Positions 43,808 to 52,284 of a DNA stretch of 64,000 bases are shown one piece after another (position 1 is the stretch's first letter; every line of letters starts with the position of its first letter). Where the stretch lies: assembly GCA_963666565.1 (NCBI GenBank), contig OY762911.1, positions 2,944,001 through 3,008,000 on the forward strand, given 5' to 3'. The notes under the pieces were generated by a model. That model was given only the letters and a program-made list of their open reading frames with translations. It was not told where the DNA came from and did not search any database. The translations under genes and the position numbers were made by a program. Source of the DNA: Thermoanaerobaculia bacterium. GTDB lineage: Bacteria > Acidobacteriota > Thermoanaerobaculia > Multivoradales > Multivoraceae.

Positions 43808-46564
43808 TCAACGATCAGCCGCGGGCGCGGTTTCCGTCGCGCAGCGTCCGCCGAACGCCCCGGCGTCCACGATCGCCGGCGCGGGCTCGCCAGCCTCCTT
43901 GAACCAGGTCTTCGATTCGCCGTTCTCCGCGTCGCGGACGGTCAGCTCCAGGCCGACCGTCGTCGCCGAAGCCGCGTACACCCAGTGGTGGCCGTTGTAC
44001 GCGCAGCCGTCGAGCACCTTGACCAGCATCTCCCAGTTGTCGCCGGTGAAGAACCAGAACAGGCCCGAGTCGTCGGTCCGCGCCCGGACCGTCCGGCCCG
44101 GCCCCCCTTCGGCGGGTTGGCTTCCGTTCGCGGCGCCCCGCGACCAGGCGACGGACACTTCGTAGCGGCCGTTCAGCAGGCAGAGCGTCGTCGCCGTCTC
44201 CGTGCAGCCGCCGTCCTCCGTCGCCGGCGCGGCGTGGCCCGGATTCGCGCCGGGCGAGTCGCCGGCGGCCGGCGTCGCGGGGGCCGCCGCGGACGAGGGC
44301 GGAAGAGCGGCGGCCCACGCTTCCGCGAGCGACGAGGCCGCCGAAGGCTCGCACGCCGCCGCGAAGGCGTCGCCGTCGGCGACGGCCGGCGAGGGCATGC
44401 CCGGCTCGTTGCGGTACTCCTTGACGACGTCCGTCACGGTGTCCCTGACCCGCAGCGCGTAGCCCAGGTTCGTGGCGGATGCGGCGTAGACCCAGTGGCG
44501 GCCGTTCAGGTTGCAGCCGTCGAGCACCTTGACCAGCATCTCCCAGTTGTCCTCGTCGAAGAATCGGAACAGGCCGGAGTCGTTCGTGCCCTCGCGGACG
44601 ACCGGCGCGTCGCCGCTCGGGCCGGCGGCCGTCCACCAGTCGAGCGAGACCTCGTAGCGGGAGTCCCGCAGGCAGAGTTCCGTGGCGGTCGCTTCGCATG
44701 TCCCCGCGGGATGGGCGGCCTCGACGAGGAACTTGAGCGACGCCGTGCTCTCCCGCTCGCCGTCGAGCGACACGGTGAGGGACACGTCGTGGAAGCCCGG
44801 CGACTCGAAGGTGTGGAAGACGGAGGAGCTTCGCGACGTGGAGGCGCCGTGGAAGTCCCAGAGCCGGTAGCGAACGGTGCCGGTGCTCATGTCCAGGAAC
44901 CGGACGGGCGTATCGGTCACGGCTCGGCAGAGGCCGTCCTCGCAGGGGAGATCGACGCCGATGGCGGCGGTCGGGTGCGTGTCCGGTTCGGACTCCGTGG
45001 TGAACGTCGTACTGGCTACCTCGGCGCCCTCGGCGCAGCCGGGGCCGAGCCAGACCTTGTACGTGTACCTCGTGCCCGGTAGCAGCCGGGTGAGGGTGAC
45101 GGTCGTCGTGCCCGCCGGAACGGCGGTGCACGCCGCGCCGCGCTGGTTGCCCCGGTACCACCAGGCGCCCCGGTAGCCGCCGAGCGAGAGGGTTGCCGAA
45201 GTCGCGGTGCTATCGGGAACCGTGAGGCCTACCGGAACGGGTTCGGCCAGGGTCGCGAACTCGACAAGTTCGCCCAGGCCGGTGGAGCAGTCGCTGTTGC
45301 TGAAGGCCGCGGCCGCGTAGTTGGTGCTGGGCGCAAGCCCCGTCAGTCGCAGGGTCTCTTCACTCACCGGTCCCGTGCACTGGGCGCCGAGTTCGCCGAG
45401 TGCGGTGCCGTCTCCGGCGCCCCGGGCGGCTCTCTGGTAGTACCAGTCGCCTTGACCCCTGTAGTTGGCGAGAGTCAACGTCGCTCCGCCGCTCGAGACA
45501 TCGGAGACGCTCAGCGTCTCGACCGCCGGGGTGCCGCTAACCTCGTCGGACCACTCGCCCTGTGATGAAAGGCCACTCGAGCTGATGGATCGGACACGCA
45601 CCGTGTACGCCGTTCCGTTGTCCATGTCGGCGTTCACCGCACCGGGGAGCGTGACCCATGTATTGACGACGTGGCCGGACTTGCCCGCCTTGATCTGCCG
45701 ATTCCCGTCGTTGTAACCGGAATCGCTGTCGGATTTCCACTGTATCTCGTACTCTTCCGCGCCGTCCTGTCCGGTCCACTCCACGTACAGGCCCCGCCAT
45801 TGCTTGTCGGCATTCAGGGGTGAAACCGTGACGTCGGTTACCTTTGCCCTCAGCGTGGCCAGGGCGGTCGCCGTCGCGAGCACCGTGCCGCAGGCGGCGT
45901 CGCTGTACGCCTTGAACGTATAGGACGTGTTCGGGGTCAGGCCGTCTACCGTCGCCCACGTCGTTCCCGCCGACACCGCCGACGAACAGGTTCCCCCCGT
46001 GGGCGTCGTGTACTTGTAATACCAGGCGGTACTGTGATTAGTCAGAATCAGCGTCAGACTGGTGGAGGTTCTGGTGTCGTGGGTGTTGTCGGTGTCGCTG
46101 AAGGTGTCGTCCACCGACAACGTGGGGCCCGAGAGCGTGGTGAAGGTCGCCTCAAGAATCTTGTCGTTGATGAGCCGCGCACTGGGCGGGCCCTCGCAGG
46201 TGGCATAGACAGTGACGGTATGGGACAGCGCCTGGGTCAGTCCGGTGATGGTCACGCTGTCTCCGGATACGTTGCCGGTACAGGCGATCGCCGTGCCTCC
46301 CGACACTTCGTAGTGCCAGTTCCCGGTGTAGCCGGCGCGGGTCAGCGTGATCGTCACGGAATTGGTGGTGATGTTGCTGGCGGCTACGCTCTGGGCCGCG
46401 GCGGGCGCCGGCAGCCCGAGGAAGGCCGGCAGCAACGTGGCCGCGAGCGCGAGTCGCGGCAGGAGGCCGCCGCCCGTGGACGCCTGCGTGGCCGGCCTCT
46501 TCCGGCAGAGGCACGGGCGGAGCCGGAGCTGGCAGGACGAGTGATTCTTGTGCACGAGATGCAA
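43808..46564 (-). CDS. Secreted FN3-like/PKD protein with two Cys-rich C-terminal repeats (paralog 3)
   Basis: Colinear with paralog 2; the last approximately 640 bp are near-identical at an offset of 2910. Confidence 0.85.
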   Translation of the reverse strand: MHLVHKNHSSCQLRLRPCLCRKRPATQASTGGGLLPRLALAATLLPAFLGLPAPAAAQSVAASNITTNSVTITLTRAGYTGNWHYEVSGGTAIACTGNVSGDSVTITGLTQALSHTVTVYATCEGPPSARLINDKILEATFTTLSGPTLSVDDTFSDTDNTHDTRTSTSLTLILTNHSTAWYYKYTTPTGGTCSSAVSAGTTWATVDGLTPNTSYTFKAYSDAACGTVLATATALATLRAKVTDVTVSPLNADKQWRGLYVEWTGQDGAEEYEIQWKSDSDSGYNDGNRQIKAGKSGHVVNTWVTLPGAVNADMDNGTAYTVRVRSISSSGLSSQGEWSDEVSGTPAVETLSVSDVSSGGATLTLANYRGQGDWYYQRAARGAGDGTALGELGAQCTGPVSEETLRLTGLAPSTNYAAAAFSNSDCSTGLGELVEFATLAEPVPVGLTVPDSTATSATLSLGGYRGAWWYRGNQRGAACTAVPAGTTTVTLTRLLPGTRYTYKVWLGPGCAEGAEVASTTFTTESEPDTHPTAAIGVDLPCEDGLCRAVTDTPVRFLDMSTGTVRYRLWDFHGASTSRSSSVFHTFESPGFHDVSLTVSLDGERESTASLKFLVEAAHPAGTCEATATELCLRDSRYEVSLDWWTAAGPSGDAPVVREGTNDSGLFRFFDEDNWEMLVKVLDGCNLNGRHWVYAASATNLGYALRVRDTVTDVVKEYRNEPGMPSPAVADGDAFAAACEPSAASSLAEAWAAALPPSSAAAPATPAAGDSPGANPGHAAPATEDGGCTETATTLCLLNGRYEVSVAWSRGAANGSQPAEGGPGRTVRARTDDSGLFWFFTGDNWEMLVKVLDGCAYNGHHWVYAASATTVGLELTVRDAENGESKTWFKEAGEPAPAIVDAGAFGGRCATETAPAADR

Positions 46565-46674
46565 GGTTCCCCTTCTTTCCGGTCGACCAGTGACGGCGAG
46601 GTGGCAGCCCCACTCCGAATCGGAGCGTTGGTGACGACACGAAACCGCCGCGGAAACAACGCTGTTCAGGCACC

Positions 46675-46703
46675 CTTATAGGGAGATCGAGACGCGCTGT
46701 CAA
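46675..46703 (-). promoter_or_regulatory. Near-consensus sigma70 promoter for the FN3/PKD array
   Basis: TTGACA-N17-TATAAG on the minus strand, about 110 bp upstream of paralog 3. Confidence 0.65.
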
Positions 46704-47154
46704 TGACTTGAGTCGGTGCGTGCGCGGACCCGTGATTGAAGTGGAGATTGGCAACGGAACATCGCGTGTCGATTCGGCACCGATGGTTCGTCCAAAGCGG
46801 AATTCCGCCCTGGATGCCGGCGTCGAGACTGCCTTCGCGGTCGTGTTTCCCTACTTGCCGCAGAACCGCGACGCGAGCTCCGGGAGCAGCCTGGCGAGTA
46901 CGGTGAATGCCGGGTCGGGGGAGGCGGCGGCAGCGGCGGCGAACCTCGCTCCGGCGGTCCGCCGGCGCCGCTGCGGGCCCGTCGCGACCTCCGGGCGCGG
47001 CGCGAAACGAGTCGTCCCCGTCCGGCGCCCGCCTGGCCGCGCCCGCGCGGGCGTGACGACCGGTCGGGCGCGGCGCGGCCCGGATCCGGTAGGTTCGGGG
47101 CGCCTCGTTTGTTGAGCGTTCGGTTTGGCCTTAGCCCCTGGCGGAGTGGTCGGA

Positions 47155-49311
47155 ATGAAGGAAACGAAGTTCGAGTCGTTCGCGTCGCTGCGCGATTCCC
47201 TCGCGGCGATGTCGATCAAGACTGTCGAGACCGAGGTGTTGCGCATCGCGGCATCGGTCGAGAGCGGGGAGGGCGGAGCGGCTGCGGTCCGTTCGGCGGT
47301 CGTCGAGTGGCTGGAGGATCGGGCCGGCGAACGGCTTCCCGAACGGGCCGCGGAGCGGACGTTCTCCTGGGAAGGCGACCGCCTTCGCTGCGAAGCGGTG
47401 CGGCTGGAGGACGGCGAAGACGACCTCTGGGCGGTGCGCGTCGAGGACGGAGGCGAGAACGGAGCTTCGGGCTCGCTGGCGAACGAGATCGGCGTCGCCG
47501 GGAGCGGCGACGCGCCGGTGCGGCTCTTCGCGCGGGTTCTGTCCAGCGTCGGTCACGCCTTCGGCGAGGCGCCGGACCTGATCGCCCGGCTCGCCGAGCG
47601 GTACGAGCTGAAGCAGTTCGGCGTCCCGCTTGGCGCGTCGCCGCTTCTGATCAAGACGGAGCGCGACGCGGAGGCGCTCGTCAAGTGGCTCACCCATGCC
47701 TCGCGGCGCCTGCCGGTCATCACGCTCTCCGTGCCGGACGACGCCGAGGATCCCTACCGGCCGCTGCTCGATCCGGTGGAACTCGCGCGCGACGCGGCGG
47801 GGATCGCCCAGGTGGCCGTGCTGCCCTCCAGGTTCACCTGGTTCCTGACCCAGCGGTTCTCGAAGAAGCTGTCCGTCTACCGGGGCGCGATCCGCATCTA
47901 CCAGCCGGGGTTCGACGGCGTGAACGCCGGCGACTCGCACTGGGCGGTCATGGCCGACCGCCTGAGCGCGCCCGCGGGCGCCCAGCGGCATCGCGCCGAC
48001 ATCCTGCGCCGCGTGGGGGAGCGGAGCGTCGCCGACCAGGAGGCGCCGCCGGCGTTCGCGGACTTGCGCGAGCGCGCCGGCGGGAAGCCGCCGCCCGTCG
48101 AGTCCGCGGGTGCGGCTCCGGCAGTCGCCGAACGTGGCGGCGTGGCCGCACCGACTGCCGAGCCCGATGGCGCCGCCGGGGAGGAGGTCGCAAGCCCTTC
48201 GGAGGTCCGCGCGAAGAAGTCGCCCGGCGACGAAGCAGCTTCGCCCGACCTTGCGGCGACCGTCGGAGGCCGAAACGCGCCAGCGGACGCAGCGGATCCC
48301 GCCGCGCCGCCACGCAGGGAACGGGGCCGCACACCGGGTGCGCCGGGGTGCCGTTCGTCCGCCCGATCGACGGGCGCACGGACTGGTTCGCGGGTGGCGT
48401 CCGAGACGCCACCCGGGTTCTCGCCGGCTGCCGCCGAAGGCGGCCAGAAGGACGCGCCGGCCGTCAGGCCGGCCCCGCGTCCGACGCCCGGTTCCACGCA
48501 AGGTCCGCCGGCAAGCGAACCGCGGACGACCGCCGAGAGGACCCCGGCCGCGCCGCCCGCCACGCCGGCAGCGTTGCCCGAACGGGCGCCCGGCTTGTTC
48601 GCCCGCCTGGGTTCGCTCGCCCGGATGCTGAGTTCGGGCGGCTACGCGACCGGGGAGGCCAGGATCCGGGCTCCCGCCGAGCGCGAGAAGGAACGGATGG
48701 AGCGAGAGCTTCAGTCCAGCCGGCGCCAGTTCGACGAACTGACCACGAAGCTGCGATCGACGCGCGAGGAAGCCGAGTACTTCCTCACCGAGAACCAGGA
48801 GGCGGAAGCTCTGGCGGGCAAGCGGCAGCGGCAGATCGACGAGGCGAACGCCCGCATCGCGCAGCTCGAAGAGCAACTCCGCTCCCTCGGCCACACGCCG
48901 CTGCCGGGCGGATGGGAGGACTTCGTGGACTGGTGCGAGCGCGAGCTGGGCGGCTCGCTCATCCTGTCTCCCAAGGCGCGCCGCGAGATCAAGGGCGCCC
49001 ACTTCGCCGATGCCCCGCTCGCGGCGCGCTGCCTGCTGTGGCTTGCCGGGGAGTACCGGGACGGCCGCCTGAACGGCGCGGGAGCGTCCCTGCGGATCGA
49101 AGAGTCCGGGATCCGCAACGAGCCGTGCGGCGGAGACAAGGTGCCGCTCAAGTGGCGGGGCGAGAACCGCCACGCGGACTGGCACCTGAAGAACGGAGGC
49201 AATACGCGGGACCCGGCGCGCTGCCTGCGCATCTACTACTTCTGGGACCAGGAGACGCGGCAGGTTGTCGTCGCGTCCATGCCCGCGCACGTGCGGAGCG
49301 CCATCACCTGA
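47155..49311 (+). CDS. Hypothetical protein: globular N-domain, disordered linker, coiled coil, and a possible RelE-like C-terminal domain
   Basis: Coherent ORF after a GGAG RBS; coiled coil EREKERMERELQ...LEEQLR; C-terminal WHLKNGGNTRDPARCLRIYYFWD...VVVASMPAH. Confidence 0.8.
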   Translation: MKETKFESFASLRDSLAAMSIKTVETEVLRIAASVESGEGGAAAVRSAVVEWLEDRAGERLPERAAERTFSWEGDRLRCEAVRLEDGEDDLWAVRVEDGGENGASGSLANEIGVAGSGDAPVRLFARVLSSVGHAFGEAPDLIARLAERYELKQFGVPLGASPLLIKTERDAEALVKWLTHASRRLPVITLSVPDDAEDPYRPLLDPVELARDAAGIAQVAVLPSRFTWFLTQRFSKKLSVYRGAIRIYQPGFDGVNAGDSHWAVMADRLSAPAGAQRHRADILRRVGERSVADQEAPPAFADLRERAGGKPPPVESAGAAPAVAERGGVAAPTAEPDGAAGEEVASPSEVRAKKSPGDEAASPDLAATVGGRNAPADAADPAAPPRRERGRTPGAPGCRSSARSTGARTGSRVASETPPGFSPAAAEGGQKDAPAVRPAPRPTPGSTQGPPASEPRTTAERTPAAPPATPAALPERAPGLFARLGSLARMLSSGGYATGEARIRAPAEREKERMERELQSSRRQFDELTTKLRSTREEAEYFLTENQEAEALAGKRQRQIDEANARIAQLEEQLRSLGHTPLPGGWEDFVDWCERELGGSLILSPKARREIKGAHFADAPLAARCLLWLAGEYRDGRLNGAGASLRIEESGIRNEPCGGDKVPLKWRGENRHADWHLKNGGNTRDPARCLRIYYFWDQETRQVVVASMPAHVRSAIT
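48334..48473. repeat. REP-like element (insert variant) in frame in the linker of 47155-49311
   Basis: GGGTGCGCCGG...CGGGTGGCGTC-CGA-GACGCCACCCG...TGCCGCCGAAGGCGGCC...GCCGGCCGTCAGGCCGGC. Confidence 0.88.
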
Positions 49312-49320
49312 ACCGGCGCT

Positions 49321-49410
49321 GTCGCCGGCGTGCGGCCGGCGTCCCTGCCGTCCGGGGCGCGCCGCTCTGCGGCGCCGCCCGCGGGCGGGTCGGAAGACCC
49401 GCGCACCCGG
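49321..49410. repeat. Half REPIN-like element between convergent genes
   Basis: GCGCCGC-TCT-GCGGCGC...GCGGGTCGGAAGACCCGCGCACCCGG. Confidence 0.85.
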
Positions 49411-49433
49411 CGGAAGGCCCGCGAACTCTCGTC

Positions 49434-50930
49434 TCAGTAGCCCGGCGGGCGCTCGAAGCCGCCGATCCGCTCGCTCAGGCGGCGAGCGAGGTCGAGCGTC
49501 GTCCTGTCTTCCAGGAAGGGCCCCGCGATCTGGAGGCCGACCGGCAGGCCGTCACTTGCCGTGCCGGCCGGGATGACGGTCGCCGGCAGGAAGACGACGC
49601 CGGTCAGGCCGACCCACAGCGTCTGCTCGCCGTAGGCGCGCGGTTCGCCGTTGACGGCGATGCGGCGCGCGCCCATCGGTTCGCTGTGGTCGTGGGGGAT
49701 GGCGGTGGTCGGGAGGCAGGGGAGGAGCACCGCGTCCCGGTCCTTGAAGAAGTCGTGCCACTTGCGGCGCATCTGCAGCCGGCGCTCGTTGGCGGACAGC
49801 CAGGCGCGGTGGCGCTGGGAGGCCCAGCGCGCGGCGAGGGCGCCTTCCTCGTCCTCGCTCATGCCGCGGACGGCCAGTTCCTCGATCTTCTCGTGGCTGA
49901 AGCCGCCGCACATCGCGGCGCCCAGGAGCTGGCCGAAGACGCGGGTCGCGTAATCGAATGTGAAGTCGGGCCGGGCCTCGCGGTCGACGGTGGCGCCGGC
50001 GGCCTCCAGTGTGTCGGCGGCCGCTTCGAGGCGTTCGCGGACCCGGTCGTCGATCGGGCAGGACGGCTCGTCGAACCACACCGCGACCCGGTAGTCCGAG
50101 ATGCTCTCGTGGCGAGGCGGCGGCAGTTCCAGGCGGTAGGCGGGAGCGTGCCACTCGTCCGGCCCGGCGAGGAGGCCGAGGCCGAGTTCCAGGTCCTCGA
50201 CGGTGCGCGCCATCGGCCCGGCGACCGCGATGTCGGCCTGGGTCAGGGTGCCGGGCGGCCCGGGGATCTGGCCGAGCGCCGGCACGATGCCGTAGCTGGG
50301 CTTGTGGCCGAAGACGCCGCAGGTCGAGGCGGGGCCGCGGATCGAGCCGCCGATGTCGCTGCCGAGCTCGAACGGCGTGAACCCCGCGGCGAGCGCCGCG
50401 GCCGAGCCGCCTGACGATCCGCCCGGCGTCCGCTCCACGTTCCAGGGGTTGTTCGTCCGGCCGAACACCTCGTTGTAGCTCTGCGTATCGCCGGCGTAGA
50501 TGGGCAGGTTCGTCTTGCCGAAGATGACCGCGCCGGCCGCGCGCAGGCGGGCGACGGGAACGGCGTCGACTTCGGGAACGTGGCCGCTGAGCTCCGGCGC
50601 GCCGGAGGTGGTGCGCATGCCGAGGGTCTGGAACGAGTCCTTGATCGTCATCGCGACGCCGTGCAGCGGTCCGGGTTCCCGGCCCTCGGCCAGCGCCTTG
50701 TCGGCGGCGTCCGCTTCGCGCCGCGCCCGCTCGGCGTCGAGGGTGACGACCGCGTTGAGCGGCGGATTCAGGCGGTCGACCCGGTCGAGCAGGAGTTCCA
50801 GGTAGTCGCGCGACGAGATGAGACCGTCGCGGATGGCCGCGGCCGCCTGCGCGGCCGTCCAGTACGCCGCGTCTTCGGCCGGTTCGCGGGCGCTTGCAGT
50901 CGAGGGAGGCGAGGGAGAAGCGGACGTCAT
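49434..50930 (-). CDS. Amidase (amidase signature family)
   Basis: GPLHGVAMTIKD, GGSSGGSAAALAAG, GSDIGGSIR. Confidence 0.93.
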   Translation of the reverse strand: MTSASPSPPSTASAREPAEDAAYWTAAQAAAAIRDGLISSRDYLELLLDRVDRLNPPLNAVVTLDAERARREADAADKALAEGREPGPLHGVAMTIKDSFQTLGMRTTSGAPELSGHVPEVDAVPVARLRAAGAVIFGKTNLPIYAGDTQSYNEVFGRTNNPWNVERTPGGSSGGSAAALAAGFTPFELGSDIGGSIRGPASTCGVFGHKPSYGIVPALGQIPGPPGTLTQADIAVAGPMARTVEDLELGLGLLAGPDEWHAPAYRLELPPPRHESISDYRVAVWFDEPSCPIDDRVRERLEAAADTLEAAGATVDREARPDFTFDYATRVFGQLLGAAMCGGFSHEKIEELAVRGMSEDEEGALAARWASQRHRAWLSANERRLQMRRKWHDFFKDRDAVLLPCLPTTAIPHDHSEPMGARRIAVNGEPRAYGEQTLWVGLTGVVFLPATVIPAGTASDGLPVGLQIAGPFLEDRTTLDLARRLSERIGGFERPPGY

Positions 50931-51148
50931 GCCCGGAGGCTAGCAAGCGGGCACGACGACGTCCGCCACGGCTGCCGTCCGCTCCGGCGGAGGCCCCGAT
51001 CCGTGCAACGAGCGCCGATTGCGTCTTAGGTCATTAGGGACCGGCGCCAGGCCTTGTCCGCGGGGCCCGGGGCCGGGGCCTGTAGTACGCTTCTTCCTGC
51101 CGTCGCGGCCGCCCGGCGCGGGACGATCGAGAAAGTCGGGGGCTGACG

Positions 51149-51775
51149 ATGACGACATCCGAGAGGTTGGGAACGGAGACGGCGTGGACGAGCGGAAGGA
51201 CGGCCGCGAGGCGCAGGGCGCTGACCGACGCGGGGATGGACCGCCCGGTGGCGGAGACGCTTGTCGACCTGCTGGATGAACAGGCGGCGCCGACGATGAC
51301 GAGGGCTGAAGCGGACACGCGGTTTGCGGCGATGCTCGAGCGTCACGACGCCCGGTTCGCGGCGATGCTGGAGCGTCACGAGACGACGAAGGTCGAAGTG
51401 GACGCGCGATTCGCGGCGATGCTGGAGCGTGACGATGCGAAGCGGGCACGGGACCGGGCGGAGGTCAAGGCTCTTTTCGCGGAGTTCAGGGGCGAAGTGG
51501 ACTCCCGCTTCGCTCAGGTCGATGCACGCTTCGCTCAGGTCGATGTGCGCTTCGCTCAGGTCGACTCTCGCTTCGCGGAGTTGAAGGGCGAACTGGACGC
51601 CCGGTTCGGCCTGGTCGAGGCCCGGTTCGGCTCGATCGAGGGACAGGTCGCGGGGCAGACCGCGGGGCTGGCGGGTCAGTTGGGCACGCTGAAGTGGACC
51701 TTCGGCAGCCTCATGGCCTTCAACACGCTGCTTCTCGGCGTTCTGACCTACGCGGTGGCCTTCCAGGCGCCGTGA
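51149..51775 (+). CDS. Membrane-anchored coiled-coil protein (DUF1640/CCDC90-like) with tandem heptad repeats
   Basis: LTDAGMDRPVAE head; three RFAAMLERH/D repeats; VDARFAQ 21-bp repeats; LKW plus a C-terminal TM helix. Confidence 0.75.
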   Translation: MTTSERLGTETAWTSGRTAARRRALTDAGMDRPVAETLVDLLDEQAAPTMTRAEADTRFAAMLERHDARFAAMLERHETTKVEVDARFAAMLERDDAKRARDRAEVKALFAEFRGEVDSRFAQVDARFAQVDVRFAQVDSRFAELKGELDARFGLVEARFGSIEGQVAGQTAGLAGQLGTLKWTFGSLMAFNTLLLGVLTYAVAFQAP

Positions 51776-52215
51776 GCCTGATCGACGGCGTCGGCGGCGC
51801 CTTCGTCTTCACGGAGGACCCCAAACGGCTCGCGGACTGGTACGCGGAGCACCTCGGCATCGAGTTCGAGGGAAGCGAGGAGTTCGGCGCCTTCTACGTC
51901 CGCTACGTGGCCGCGGACCCGGACGATGCGGCCTGGGTCATGGACACGACCTTCGCGATCATGAAGGCGAAGAGGCCCGTACCGCCGATGCCGCGCAACG
52001 AGGGTGCGGAGCAGGGCGACATGTACGGCGATCAGCCGTTCATGGTGAATCTGCGCGTGCGCGACCTGGACGCGGTGCTGGCGCGCCTCGCCGAACGGGG
52101 CGTTGAGGCGCTCCGCCGGGACGACGAGGGCTACGCCCTGTTCGCGTGGATCCGGGACGCCGACGGAAACCGGGTCGAGCTGTACCAGCCGCGCATGGAG
52201 GACGCATCCGGGTGA
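51772..52215 (+). CDS. VOC/glyoxalase family protein
   Basis: GVGGAFV...LADWYAEHLG; MVNLRVRDLD; WIRDADGNRVEL; GTGA overlap. Confidence 0.88.
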   Translation: MSLIDGVGGAFVFTEDPKRLADWYAEHLGIEFEGSEEFGAFYVRYVAADPDDAAWVMDTTFAIMKAKRPVPPMPRNEGAEQGDMYGDQPFMVNLRVRDLDAVLARLAERGVEALRRDDEGYALFAWIRDADGNRVELYQPRMEDASG

Positions 52216-52284
52216 GGCCGGAAAGGCGGGCCGGCCGCGGGCTGGCTCCACTCCGGCGGCCGGTTTCATGCAAGAGTGTCGTCC

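Noticed and set aside
40894-44445. Near-identical blocks as a DGR template/variable repeat pair
   Set aside because: No reverse transcriptase; both copies are coding; only two differences, which are T/C on the coding strand.
46700-47150. GC-rich intergenic hairpins as a riboswitch or ncRNA
   Set aside because: Inverted repeats are present, but there is no recognisable family motif and such pairing is expected at this GC content.
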